Shown here: piece by piece, positions 20,902-30,381 of the stretch | Numbering within the stretch: position 1 is the stretch's first letter | Layout of the letters: every line of letters begins with the position of its first letter | NCBI GenBank assembly: GCA_030748415.1 | Contig: JASMMA010000004.1 | Span: 150,501-214,500, forward strand | From: Planctomycetota bacterium | GTDB taxonomy: Bacteria > Planctomycetota > UBA1135 | Length of the DNA stretch: 64,000 nt | Direction: 5' to 3' | Translations under genes and position numbers: made by a program | The notes under the pieces: model-generated | What the model was told of the DNA's origin: nothing | Seen by the model: only the letters and a program-made list of their open reading frames with translations | Databases searched by the model: none

Positions 20902-22517
20902 AATATCCGCGAATATTACCGCTCGCATCCGCCTGTTTAAGGGCGGCCGCCCTTCCTGGTTGGCTTACTCCCTGGTTGGGCCCTTTGTCGGTCATTCCCC
21001 GCATTGTTTATTGGGAAATCGGCGGCGATCGGCGCGGAGACCTTATGGGTGGCATTTTATTTTGGGGTCTCGCCTTTAGCATTCTTTCCACCACTGGGGG
21101 TTTGATGCCCTTCGGGGCTGCCCTCGTCATGGGCGGGCTATGGGTTTTTGAAGGCTTCCTTTTTCGAAGGCTCCGTAGTTTTTTCAAACCGGAGTTTGCA
21201 GCTCCCTTATCGTTATTTACCACCCAATGGTTGGTTGGCGAGTTCTTTTTTGGTGGGGTTCCGTGGGCCACTTGGGGATTAGGGTTTGCCGACAACAGTT
21301 GGTTTCTCACGATGGCAACAGCAGTGGGTGAAAATGGTGTCTCCCTTCTCATCCTCCTCCTTGGTGGCTGGCTCTGGTCCTTTTCTCGTGGTTGGAAAGG
21401 CGTTGGTTTTCTTTGCCCAGTCCTTCTTTTGTTTGCATTTGAGATAGGTCGCACCCAAGAAAGCGAGCCTGTGTCCCATGTTTCCTTTGCTGCCGTCCAA
21501 CCCAATTTGGGTCTAGGGGCCAAAACAGCAAATGGGGGTGAGGTTGCCATCTTCCAAAAGCATGAGTCCATGCTTTCAGCAGCATTGGGTAATTCCGCTC
21601 CCCCTGAGCTTCTCTGCTGGGCTGAAACGATGTTCTTGCTGCCTGCGACTCTGTCCGAGGCAGATGGAGAAATCCGGATTCCCCGCCGAGGGCTTCCAGG
21701 GCAACCCACGGTTTATCCTGCCGATGGAGTTCGCGATTTGATGGAACACGCCGCCGCCCAGGTGGCATCTCCACTTTCGGAAGGTGGGCATTTCCTGACA
21801 GGTGCTCACACCTATGAACCAGTGGCCCCTGAGCTGGCTGGGAATGTTGTTTCTCCTCGTTCCTCCAGCACCTTGGTCTTTAATCAGGCGGGAGCACTCG
21901 TTGGAAACGTTGGAAAAAGTGAGCTCGTTCCATTTGGTGAGACCCTGCCCTTCGATGGACGATTCCCTGGCTCACCTGCAATCGCCAACTGGGTTTTTGA
22001 GAAATTCGGCCTTTCCCCAGATTTTGCAAGAGCTCCTGAGCCTGAGCCACTTTTACTTTCACGCCCTGATGGAACTTCCTGGAGCCTTGGAACGGCTGTT
22101 TGCTGGGAGAATGCATTTGAGCGAGTTTTCCGGGAGCAAGCCCAGGGAAACTGTCAGGCCTTCATCATTTTCTCAAATGAGGCCTGGTATGGGCTTGGTG
22201 CCGAGATGGATCAGATGGTCGCGACAACCCGATTTCGCGCCGCGGAAACCGGTAGGGCCATCCTTCGTGCCACGAATACCGGGATTACCGTCTTGATGGA
22301 CTCACGAGGAAAAGAAATTACATCTCTTCCCCGCGGGACTGAAAGTGTCCTGTTTGGGGAACTCCCTCTCGTGGACGAAGGCGTCCGAACTCCTTATCTT
22401 GTATGGGGTTGGGTTGTTTCTCCTCTCCTTTCTTCCCTTTGTCTTTTGCTTGTCGGCTTGGCCACCTTAAAGGGAAAAACGGGAAAAGAGAAGGCTTCAG
22501 GGCCTCCTCTTTCTTGA
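20898..22517 (+). CDS. lnt: apolipoprotein N-acyltransferase
   Basis: It has an N-terminal polytopic region plus a C-terminal CN-hydrolase domain (AVCWENAF, SNEAWYG). The start is uncertain: I propose the in-frame TTG at 20898, which overlaps the moeA stop, whereas the track ORF begins at 20796 inside moeA. Confidence 0.8.
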   Translation: MKYPRILPLASACLRAAALPGWLTPWLGPLSVIPRIVYWEIGGDRRGDLMGGILFWGLAFSILSTTGGLMPFGAALVMGGLWVFEGFLFRRLRSFFKPEFAAPLSLFTTQWLVGEFFFGGVPWATWGLGFADNSWFLTMATAVGENGVSLLILLLGGWLWSFSRGWKGVGFLCPVLLLFAFEIGRTQESEPVSHVSFAAVQPNLGLGAKTANGGEVAIFQKHESMLSAALGNSAPPELLCWAETMFLLPATLSEADGEIRIPRRGLPGQPTVYPADGVRDLMEHAAAQVASPLSEGGHFLTGAHTYEPVAPELAGNVVSPRSSSTLVFNQAGALVGNVGKSELVPFGETLPFDGRFPGSPAIANWVFEKFGLSPDFARAPEPEPLLLSRPDGTSWSLGTAVCWENAFERVFREQAQGNCQAFIIFSNEAWYGLGAEMDQMVATTRFRAAETGRAILRATNTGITVLMDSRGKEITSLPRGTESVLFGELPLVDEGVRTPYLVWGWVVSPLLSSLCLLLVGLATLKGKTGKEKASGPPLS

Positions 22518-22670
22518 CCCTCAGGCATAGGGCAATTATCTTGCCGCACTCGCAAATAGGCGTGATACCGGTCCATCGGAAACGTCTAGAATGCCTTGTG
22601 CCAATGTTGGCACGAAATCCCAACAAATCCCCCATGTAGCCGGATCAAACCGGAACCCCAAAATCAACGG

Positions 22671-23525
22671 ATGAGCACTGTAGGCAAACTTTTCGTAGTC
22701 GTGAACTTAGTTCTGGCCGGTCTTTTTGTAGGCTCTGCGGCCAGCCTGATTGGCACGAGTCAAGAATACCGCGCGCAGTTTGAGAGTGAGCAATCGGCTC
22801 GCGCTTCGGACAACGCCGAGAACAAAAATACGATTGCCGACCTCCAAGGTCAGGTGGACGAACTCGAAAGTCAGAACGCCGGTCGCGCTTCTGATTTGAA
22901 GGCTTCGCAGGCGGAAAATGATAATCTCCGTTCGCAATTAGAGTCTTCCGAATCAAAAGTTTCGACTTTGTCAGCTTCCCTTGGCGAGTACAACAACAAG
23001 CTGGACGACTTAGTTTCAGCAAATGCCTCTACAAGCGCCGCCCTCGAAGATGCCCACCGCGACCTGAAGAATGCGCGCGAAGAGCGTGACGACGCTTTGG
23101 ATGAGCGGGAATCAGCGGAAGCTGCTCAAACCGCCGCCGAAGAAAAGGCTCAACTAGCTCAGCGCTCCGCCAGGGATCTTGAGAGCTCCCTCCGCCTTGC
23201 CAACAATCGCGCCACTGATGCCCAAACCAAGTTGGATGAAGTCGTTAAGCGCTTCAACCTCAAACAGAACGATCTCGGTGCCCAGCCTGAAATCAGTGGA
23301 TTCGTCACCGATGTTTCTTACGACGGTGGAATGCCCATTGTCATCATTGCCGCTGGCAAAGACCAAGCTGTGCGAACTGGCTACACCTTCGATGTTTGGA
23401 ACGAACACCAGTACAAAGGCGAGATTCGCGTTGAAGTTGTCAACGCAAGAAGTTCTGCATGCACCATACAAACTAATGGTGACTTCCAAATCCGCCCGAA
23501 CGATAAGTTCGCAACCTCCCTATAG
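22671..23525 (+). CDS. membrane-anchored coiled-coil protein, unknown function
   Basis: The ATG at 22671 gives MSTVGKLFVVVNLVLAGLFVGSAASLIG (TM helix). This is followed by about 170 aa of heptad-like acidic coiled coil and a small beta-rich C-terminal domain. Confidence 0.5.
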   Translation: MSTVGKLFVVVNLVLAGLFVGSAASLIGTSQEYRAQFESEQSARASDNAENKNTIADLQGQVDELESQNAGRASDLKASQAENDNLRSQLESSESKVSTLSASLGEYNNKLDDLVSANASTSAALEDAHRDLKNAREERDDALDERESAEAAQTAAEEKAQLAQRSARDLESSLRLANNRATDAQTKLDEVVKRFNLKQNDLGAQPEISGFVTDVSYDGGMPIVIIAAGKDQAVRTGYTFDVWNEHQYKGEIRVEVVNARSSACTIQTNGDFQIRPNDKFATSL

Positions 23526-23533
23526 GAACTGAC

Positions 23534-23797
23534 ATGGCCGCTCGTCGTCGTAAGAAAGTTACTGCCAAGAGGGAACGAAAGCCCAAAAAGGCTCGGAAAC
23601 CCAAGGCTCCGAAGGCCCCGAAAGCTCCGAAGGCCGTCGAGGCTCCCAAGCCTGGCATGCCCATGGAGAGTGCGGCAGTCATCGTGACCACCCTGATGCT
23701 CTTGATGGCCCTTATTTTGGTTCAATACGAAAAAGGGCTCCATTACGGAGAGGGGATGTTCGACACTAAGTACCAGGGAAGCAGCTCCTCCGAGTAA
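23534..23797 (+). CDS. small Lys/Pro-rich single-pass membrane protein
   Basis: The 87-aa protein has an N-terminus of RRRKKVTAKRERKPKKARKPKAPKAPKAPK and then a TM helix (AAVIVTTLMLLMALILV). A strong terminator follows the gene. Confidence 0.4.
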   Translation: MAARRRKKVTAKRERKPKKARKPKAPKAPKAPKAVEAPKPGMPMESAAVIVTTLMLLMALILVQYEKGLHYGEGMFDTKYQGSSSSE

Positions 23798-23818
23798 TTC
23801 GGACTACTTTCCAGGCAA

Positions 23819-23856
23819 AAGGGCCCGTTCTTCAAGGACGGGCCCTTGTTTTTTTT
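23819..23856 (+). terminator. rho-independent terminator
   Basis: The 10-bp stem aagggcccgt/acgggccctt has a 9-nt loop and is followed by a T8 run. Confidence 0.75.
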
Positions 23857-23946
23857 GGGTTGGGACTAGGATTCCGGTATTCCTAATTGCTACACTCGCA
23901 CCCGGCGCTACCCCCGCGCCAACTGACCTCTTACCCCGGAAACCCA

Positions 23947-24999
23947 ATGGATTGGCTGCTTGGGAGATTTTCTCTCGCCGAAGACCTCGGCATCGACCTC
24001 GGAACCGCGAACACGCTCGTTGCTTCGCGCGAAAGAGGCATCATTCTTGACGAACCCTCAGTTGTTGCTGTTTACAAGGGCACAAATGAAGTCATCCTCG
24101 ATGGGATGGGTGTAGGCGACGAGGCCTACCAGATGCTGGGGAAGACTCCTGGCAATATTGCTGCTGTCCGCCCCATGAAAGATGGCGTCATTGCGGACTT
24201 CGAGATTACCGAGAAGATGCTGCGTTACTTTTTACGGAAAGCGCATGAAGGCCGCGCCTGGATGCGACCCCGGGTTGTGATAGCGGTTCCTTCTGGAATC
24301 ACAACCGTGGAACAACGCGCCGTTATCAACTCTGCTGAACGCGCTGGTGCCCGGAAGGTTTATTTGGTAGATGAACCCATGGCGGGTGCATTGGGCGCCT
24401 CCCTCCCCATTGCTGAAGCCACAGGCTCCATGATTGTGGATATTGGCGGTGGTACGACCGAAGTTGCAATCCTGGCCTTGTCCGGGCCTGTTGAAGTAAA
24501 GTCTGTCAAAGTCGCTGGTGATGAAATGGATGAAGCGGTGATTACTTATCTCCGTGCGAACCACAACCTGCAAGTGGGTCCTCAAACTGCTGAACTCATT
24601 AAGAAAACTATTGGTTCTGCGGCTCCTATGGGCCAAGAGAAGTCGGTTGAAATTGCAGGCCGCGATACTTTGACCTTACGGCCTCGCAAGGCAGTGATTA
24701 CTTCCGAAGAGATTCGCGAAGCTCTTCGTGAACCATTGGACTCCATTGCCCGCGCGGTTTTGGATTGTCTAGAAGCGGCACCCCCCGAGATTGGCTCCGA
24801 CCTTTTGGAAACCGGAATCACCATTGTGGGTGGTGGCGGCCTTCTACCGGGCCTTTCGAGCTTCTTCACCCAGCAGACGGGTCTTCCTGCCAAGTTGGAT
24901 GATGATCCCATGACTGCGGTTGTTCGCGGAACTGCCAAGTTTGTAGAGAACTTGGACCTCTACGGTCCAGTCCTAACAGGCGAAATCGAAGTCAGCTAA
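23947..24999 (+). CDS. mreB: rod shape-determining protein MreB
   Basis: From the ATG at 23947 the protein reads MDWLLGRFS..DLGIDLGTANTLV, followed by IVDIGGGTTEVA and ITIVGGGGLL actin-fold motifs. The track ORF starts upstream at a TTG. Confidence 0.95.
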   Translation: MDWLLGRFSLAEDLGIDLGTANTLVASRERGIILDEPSVVAVYKGTNEVILDGMGVGDEAYQMLGKTPGNIAAVRPMKDGVIADFEITEKMLRYFLRKAHEGRAWMRPRVVIAVPSGITTVEQRAVINSAERAGARKVYLVDEPMAGALGASLPIAEATGSMIVDIGGGTTEVAILALSGPVEVKSVKVAGDEMDEAVITYLRANHNLQVGPQTAELIKKTIGSAAPMGQEKSVEIAGRDTLTLRPRKAVITSEEIREALREPLDSIARAVLDCLEAAPPEIGSDLLETGITIVGGGGLLPGLSSFFTQQTGLPAKLDDDPMTAVVRGTAKFVENLDLYGPVLTGEIEVS

Positions 25000-25003
25000 G
25001 TCG

Positions 25004-26161
25004 GTGTACCATCAGCCGGACGCAGAGCGAGCTCGGCGCGTTCTGAGCTTGATTGGGCTGGTGGGGGTCTGCGCCCTCTTGGCATGGTGGCCCCAACCGC
25101 GTTTGGATTCGATGGCGAGGGGTTTGGTGGGGCCCTTGAGTCGAATCTTGAACCCCATGGCAGGTTGGCTTGTGGGGGATAGTTTGCGTGCTACGCCAAA
25201 CCTGAAGAGGCCCCCGACTTCCCTTGGCCGACTCGAGGAGGCCATCGGAAAACCTCCCAGCATTTCAGGTTTCCGTTGGCTATCCGTTCCTGTGCTGAAG
25301 CATAACTCGCAAGAGTTAACTTTAGCCTCGGGTTCCTTGTCTGGTTTGGCACCGGGGCAAATTGCAGTTTTCGGGCGCACCTGTTTGGGGCGAGTGAGTC
25401 AAGTTGAAGAAAACCGGGCCACCCTTCAGCTTTGGACTGCCTCTGGAGAGCGCACGGGAGTTTTGCTCCCGTCCAAACGCGCACCCCTGAAAAGTGTTTG
25501 TTTTGGAAGGGGAAAAAAGGAGCCCCTCGTTCGCTTTGTTGAATCTCGCGATGACCCTCTTCGCGACTTACCTGTTTTGTGGCGGTCAAAAGCCAATGAC
25601 CCACCCAGCTTAATGGAGCCTGGTTTGGAGTTGGGGATTTTGCGGCGCAAGGGAAACCCTGAAAGAGGGGAAGGGCATTGGGTTGTGGAGCCCACCCGAC
25701 CCGCTGGTGCCGAGGGTCGAGTTTTCGTTGCGGTTGGTGCCTTGCCAGCTCAATTGCCGCCCACTCCGGCCCATGAGACATCCACACTGGAGCCCAGTTT
25801 GGTTTTGGATGCAGTCCTCGGTCCTCAAGTTGGCTCGGTTTTAACCTCCGCCGACCCCAATCCTGTTGCGGTTTTGACTTCTGGACGTGTGGTCGGCCCC
25901 GTTGTTGGAAAGTCGGGTGGAATCGCCTGGGTTCTTCGCAGGTCAGTTAATTCCTGGGGAAAAGATTCCGTTGCCTTTGACCCCATTCGCCATGTCTTGA
26001 GACCTGGCCAGGATGCTGAACCTGAGGATCGCTTGTTTAGTCGCGGCTCTGAACAATTCCCCAGAGGGTTATTCCTTGGTCAACCTGACCAGGCATCACT
26101 TCCTCTTGCTGGAAAGTTGGAAGGAGTTTCTATGCCCACGCATTTGGAGGAACCAGAATGA
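25004..26161 (+). CDS. mreC: rod shape-determining protein MreC (divergent)
   Basis: The call rests on its position between mreB and mreD, an N-terminal TM helix, and a GTG start. Sequence similarity alone is weak. Confidence 0.65.
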   Translation: MYHQPDAERARRVLSLIGLVGVCALLAWWPQPRLDSMARGLVGPLSRILNPMAGWLVGDSLRATPNLKRPPTSLGRLEEAIGKPPSISGFRWLSVPVLKHNSQELTLASGSLSGLAPGQIAVFGRTCLGRVSQVEENRATLQLWTASGERTGVLLPSKRAPLKSVCFGRGKKEPLVRFVESRDDPLRDLPVLWRSKANDPPSLMEPGLELGILRRKGNPERGEGHWVVEPTRPAGAEGRVFVAVGALPAQLPPTPAHETSTLEPSLVLDAVLGPQVGSVLTSADPNPVAVLTSGRVVGPVVGKSGGIAWVLRRSVNSWGKDSVAFDPIRHVLRPGQDAEPEDRLFSRGSEQFPRGLFLGQPDQASLPLAGKLEGVSMPTHLEEPE

Positions 26162-26643
26162 GGGTTCCCCGTTATCGCGTGTTGCTCCCGGTTGCCCTTC
26201 TTTTAACTATGGCAACTCCAACCTTGAGAAGTCTTCCATGGGGGGCCTTTCTTCCAGATCCATGGCTTCTTCTTTTGTTAGTTGCGATTCCTGTAAAGAT
26301 TGGCTCATTAGGTCGCGCGAGTTTTTTGGTTTTTCTTTTTGGTGCCCTTCGTTCCGCTGTCACAGTTGTCAGCCCCTTCTCTTCTTGGGCAGCTTTGGGT
26401 GGAGCCTTGGCTTTTCGTTGGTGGAGTCACCGGCATTTATCCGACGATCGTTTCCTTCCCCGCTTTTTAGTCGGCGGAGTTTCCACCATACCGATGGCCT
26501 TTTTGGATTGGCGAACTAGTGAACTTCTTGGTCTGGCCTTGCCGATTGAAATTTTCCTCTGGCGTTCTTTTTGGGTTGCCGCCCTTTGGGCTCTTCTTCG
26601 CACTCCGCCGTCTTTGAATGCCCAACGGGAGCTTGCGGTATGA
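26158..26643 (+). CDS. mreD: rod shape-determining protein MreD
   Basis: It is a small polytopic membrane protein in the mreBCD position, with ATGA overlaps on both sides. Confidence 0.65.
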   Translation: MRVPRYRVLLPVALLLTMATPTLRSLPWGAFLPDPWLLLLLVAIPVKIGSLGRASFLVFLFGALRSAVTVVSPFSSWAALGGALAFRWWSHRHLSDDRFLPRFLVGGVSTIPMAFLDWRTSELLGLALPIEIFLWRSFWVAALWALLRTPPSLNAQRELAV

Positions 26644-29198
26644 GGCATGCCCGCCTATTGCGCTTGGCCATTGTTTTCCTGAGTGTGCTATTTCTTTTAA
26701 TTGCTCGGCTTTGGCAGATGCAAGTCGTTCAACACGAAGACTGGTTAAGCGAGGCACGAAGCTCACGGAGCCATGTACGCCGCTTGCCTTATTCCCGTGG
26801 TCGCATTGTTGATGCCGAAGGCGAAGTGCTTGCCCGTGACCGCCGTTCCTTTCAACTCTCTTTTGAATATCGCAGCTTCCGCCGAAGCCACCCAGCGGGT
26901 CAGCTCTTTGAAGTTCTCGGACTTTTAGGGGGAGCAGAAGGTGGGTTAGATTGGTGTTGGGAAAACGCTGAGAATATTGGAGAGTCACTTTTAGACTTGC
27001 ACCCTTCTCAACTTCTCGGCTTGAATTCCGGAATGAGGGGAGACTTACTTTTCTATCTTCGGCGCCTTTGTCAACTTGAGGGCCCTGATGTGGGAGAACA
27101 GTTGCAAGAGTGGGCTCAAGAAGGGGAACTTTCCTTTTCTGCGGCATTCCCTCAGGCCCGCAAAGGGTTCACTCGGAACATTCAAGAGACCCGGTTTTCT
27201 TGGCGAACCCTTGAAGACAAACTTCCCAATTTAATGCAAGAATTGGAATCTGAACGCCGCCGATTGGAGTGGTGGGTTCGGCAAAGAGGGTTGCGCGAAG
27301 CTGCGGGACGGGGTTTTGGGTTGACTGCATGGCAGGTGTACCGGGAGTTAACAGGAGAATTAGAAGACTCTGAGGAACTTCTGGCTAAACTTCGCGCCCG
27401 CTGGTCCTTAGCCGAAGAAAAACCCGTCGGCTTGGAGTTGGGTCTTTTATTGACTCGTGGTCCAGCACTTCAAAAGAACGAACGGCAAGTGCAATTTGAT
27501 TCCATGGGCGCCCTCTTGCGAAAAGTAGAAGAGGAAATGCCCGAAGACCTTCAAGGTGCGCGCCGGAAAATTGTTCGAGATGTTCATGGGAATCGAATCG
27601 TGCGCCTTCGCCGAGATTTGGAATATGAACTGGTGGATTTGTTAGCTCGGCATCCCAGTCAATACCCAGGTCTTTTCCCAATCGAAGAATCGGTTCGAGC
27701 TCTGGACTCTGATGTCGCGCCCCATTTAGTCGGCCGAATGCGGGCACCTTCCCGGGAAGAGGTTTCTCGGTATGAGGAACTTCGAGCAGATTATCGGCGC
27801 TTGGCTCGTACTTTAGATCGAACCGCAGTCGAGGAAGCCAGTTTTATCGCCTTACGCGACCAGCTACGAAGCACTGCCCTTCGTCCTGATGAACGAACGG
27901 GCGCTTCGGGAATCGAAAGTTTCTGCAGTGAGACTTTGGGCGGTGAACGAGGCTATTTGGAGTACCTGGAAGTGGGCGAGGAAACATCCGACGATTTGGC
28001 TTTTCGGCCTGCCCGGAATGGGAAGCAGGTTCAATTGAGTTTGAATGCTCGCCTTTTCTTAGCCGCCGAGGAAGCTGTTCGAGTCGGATACCGAATCGCT
28101 CGTCATGAGCTTCGACAAAAAGGTGGAAAGAAAGAATCGTTGCTCCTGCTTGAAGAGGAAACTGCCGGCTTTGCTTTGATGGATCTCAGGGATGGTGGTA
28201 TTCCAGTACTCTGCACTTCTCCTTCCTATTCCACGGAAGATTTTCAGGTCCGTTATGCAAGCCTTGCGGCGGATCGCAACCGCGCCCCTTTGCGACACCG
28301 TGCATTAGCGGGTGGTGCAAATGGAAACCAAATCCCATATCCAGGTTCGACATTTAAATTGCTTGCAGCAGTTGAAGCCCTAGAACAAGATTCGAGTTGG
28401 TGGGACCGCGAACTCATGTGCGAACGAGTCTTTTTTATCCCGGGCTCCACCAGTGTTCTTCATTGCGAGGGCTATCACGGCCCCACAAAAATGAATCGAG
28501 CCATTCGGCAATCGTGCAACATTTATTTTTACCGCTTAGGTTTGGAACTGGGGTATCCAGCTCTTTGGAAACGCGCCAAGGAGTTAGGTTTTGGGAAGCC
28601 AACCGGTTTAGAGCTGACTGGAAAAGAAACAAAAGATGGGAGTTGGGAGTTGTCTGGGCTAAATGCTCAACTTGAACTGGGGGCCAATAGCATGCTGCAC
28701 CCATCCAAAGCGAAGGGGAAAGTCCCCGCCATGCACTTTGCAATTGGGCAGGCCCACATCACGGCAAGTCCTCTCCAAATGGCTCGTTTTTATGGTTGGC
28801 TAGCCAACGGCAAGTTGTGGCGCCCTCATTTGCTGAAAAACATAGGCGGCCAGACCATCAATCCAGAATGGGCCTCCGTTCCACTTTCTGAAGAGAACCG
28901 CCTTCGTCTTCGAACTGCACTTTCCGAGGTTGTGAACCATTCTGCGGGCACTGCTTGGCATGAGGACTACTCTCTATCTGAATGGGGAGTCGTAGGAAAG
29001 ACGGGAACTGCCCAGGTTGGGGTAAGAGGTGGGTCGCCATTGCCCAAACATGCTTGGTTCACAGGCTATTTCCCGGAAGAAAACCCGCGTTGGTCTTTTG
29101 CAATTTTTTGTGAAGGTGCAGATTTGCACGGTGGAGAAATCGCGACCCGAATTTTGCATAGTTTCTTGTCCGAGGTAGGGGAGGAACTTTTGCAATGA
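26640..29198 (+). CDS. mrdA: penicillin-binding protein 2 (elongasome transpeptidase)
   Basis: The ATG at 26640 overlaps the mreD stop. The N-terminal TM helix is followed by SxxK (GSTFK), SxN (SCN) and KTG (KTGTA) motifs. The N-terminal module is unusually long. Confidence 0.9.
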   Translation: MRHARLLRLAIVFLSVLFLLIARLWQMQVVQHEDWLSEARSSRSHVRRLPYSRGRIVDAEGEVLARDRRSFQLSFEYRSFRRSHPAGQLFEVLGLLGGAEGGLDWCWENAENIGESLLDLHPSQLLGLNSGMRGDLLFYLRRLCQLEGPDVGEQLQEWAQEGELSFSAAFPQARKGFTRNIQETRFSWRTLEDKLPNLMQELESERRRLEWWVRQRGLREAAGRGFGLTAWQVYRELTGELEDSEELLAKLRARWSLAEEKPVGLELGLLLTRGPALQKNERQVQFDSMGALLRKVEEEMPEDLQGARRKIVRDVHGNRIVRLRRDLEYELVDLLARHPSQYPGLFPIEESVRALDSDVAPHLVGRMRAPSREEVSRYEELRADYRRLARTLDRTAVEEASFIALRDQLRSTALRPDERTGASGIESFCSETLGGERGYLEYLEVGEETSDDLAFRPARNGKQVQLSLNARLFLAAEEAVRVGYRIARHELRQKGGKKESLLLLEEETAGFALMDLRDGGIPVLCTSPSYSTEDFQVRYASLAADRNRAPLRHRALAGGANGNQIPYPGSTFKLLAAVEALEQDSSWWDRELMCERVFFIPGSTSVLHCEGYHGPTKMNRAIRQSCNIYFYRLGLELGYPALWKRAKELGFGKPTGLELTGKETKDGSWELSGLNAQLELGANSMLHPSKAKGKVPAMHFAIGQAHITASPLQMARFYGWLANGKLWRPHLLKNIGGQTINPEWASVPLSEENRLRLRTALSEVVNHSAGTAWHEDYSLSEWGVVGKTGTAQVGVRGGSPLPKHAWFTGYFPEENPRWSFAIFCEGADLHGGEIATRILHSFLSEVGEELLQ

Positions 29199-30343
29199 GG
29201 CGTGGAACCGTAGCTTGGCATTTGTGGAGACCGGTTCGTTTCCTTCAGCGAACTGATTGGATTCTCGCCCTAGTAGTTCTTCTGATTGCAGGGTGTGGTT
29301 TGATGGTTCAATGGTCGATTACAGGGCCCAGTCGTTTTCCGGAAGGGCATGTCATTCGTCTTGCTGCTGCAAGCATTGCTGCAATTTTTGCCGCCGCCTA
29401 TGGGGCTCGCCGTTGGCAAGATTCCGCCTGGTTTTTTTACGGCACTAGTTTGGCTTTGCTGGTTCTCGTTTTGCTTGTAGGTCGTGCAACGAATAATGCA
29501 AATCGTTGGCTCGACCTTGCTGGGGGGTTCAAGCTTCAACCTTCCGAATTGATGAAGCTCGGCCTCATGCTCGCTCTGGCTCGTTGGTTTTCTGAGAAGA
29601 GGAATGCGCCTGCAAAGATGGGGGACCTTTTCGTTCCAGGCCTCATGACCGCGATTCCTGCTGGCTTGGTTCTCCTTCAACCGGATCTTGGAACCGCTCT
29701 TACTTTTGGACCTGTCTTTCTGGGCATGTCCTGGGTTGCAGGCGCTCCCTGGAAATTATTGAAGTGGTTTCTGCTTGTCCCACTCGCCATCTTCCCCTTC
29801 GCTCTTTTTGCTGTACATGATTATCAATTGGAGCGTATTGATATTTGGTGGAATCAAGACTCCTTGACTCAAGAACAAAAAAATGACGCTGGCTATCACT
29901 TGTGGCATTCCAAACTTGCGATAGGGAGTGGCGGAATGAACGGTGCAGGTTGGGCACAAGGCCCAGAAAATCGGTTGGACCGTTTGCCAGAACGCCACAA
30001 CGATTTTATATTTCCGGTTATTGCCGAAGAGTGGGGATTTGTTGGCGCAACGACCTTCCTCGGCCTATATGCCCTTCTTGTGCTTTCAGCTTTTTCCGCC
30101 GCCCGCCGCTACCGAGATCCTTTTACTCGCTTTGTAGTTGCCGGAGTCGGGATGCACTTTGCAGTTCATTTATGCTTGAATGTTGGAGTTACATTGGGAG
30201 TTTTCCCCACGACCGGTTTGCCCCTTCCTATGGTTTCTTTTGGTGGTACATCCATGCTGGTTAGCGGTCTCGCCATTGGCCTCGCCCTAGCCGTAGGCGC
30301 GAGCAAAGCCCCCGTCTTCTCCAACCGAGCCTTCGAGGAATAG
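29195..30343 (+). CDS. rodA: peptidoglycan glycosyltransferase RodA (SEDS family)
   Basis: SEDS motifs are present: FKLQPSELMKL, LLQPDLGTA, DFIFPVIAEEWGF, TGLPLPMVSFGGTS. Confidence 0.92.
   Translation: MRRGTVAWHLWRPVRFLQRTDWILALVVLLIAGCGLMVQWSITGPSRFPEGHVIRLAAASIAAIFAAAYGARRWQDSAWFFYGTSLALLVLVLLVGRATNNANRWLDLAGGFKLQPSELMKLGLMLALARWFSEKRNAPAKMGDLFVPGLMTAIPAGLVLLQPDLGTALTFGPVFLGMSWVAGAPWKLLKWFLLVPLAIFPFALFAVHDYQLERIDIWWNQDSLTQEQKNDAGYHLWHSKLAIGSGGMNGAGWAQGPENRLDRLPERHNDFIFPVIAEEWGFVGATTFLGLYALLVLSAFSAARRYRDPFTRFVVAGVGMHFAVHLCLNVGVTLGVFPTTGLPLPMVSFGGTSMLVSGLAIGLALAVGASKAPVFSNRAFEE
30304..30333 (+). repeat. 30-bp direct repeat, copy 1 (inside the rodA 3' end)
   Basis: caaagcccccgtcttctccaaccgagcctt is repeated perfectly at 33819..33848. 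Confidence 0.9.
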
Positions 30344-30381
30344 CGCCGCTAGAATTCAGTTTCCCCATTGGAAACCCTCCC

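Noticed and set aside
24232-24938. Two minus-strand ORFs (134 aa and 118 aa) lie inside mreB.
   Set aside because: They are antisense to a highly conserved gene and have no motifs.
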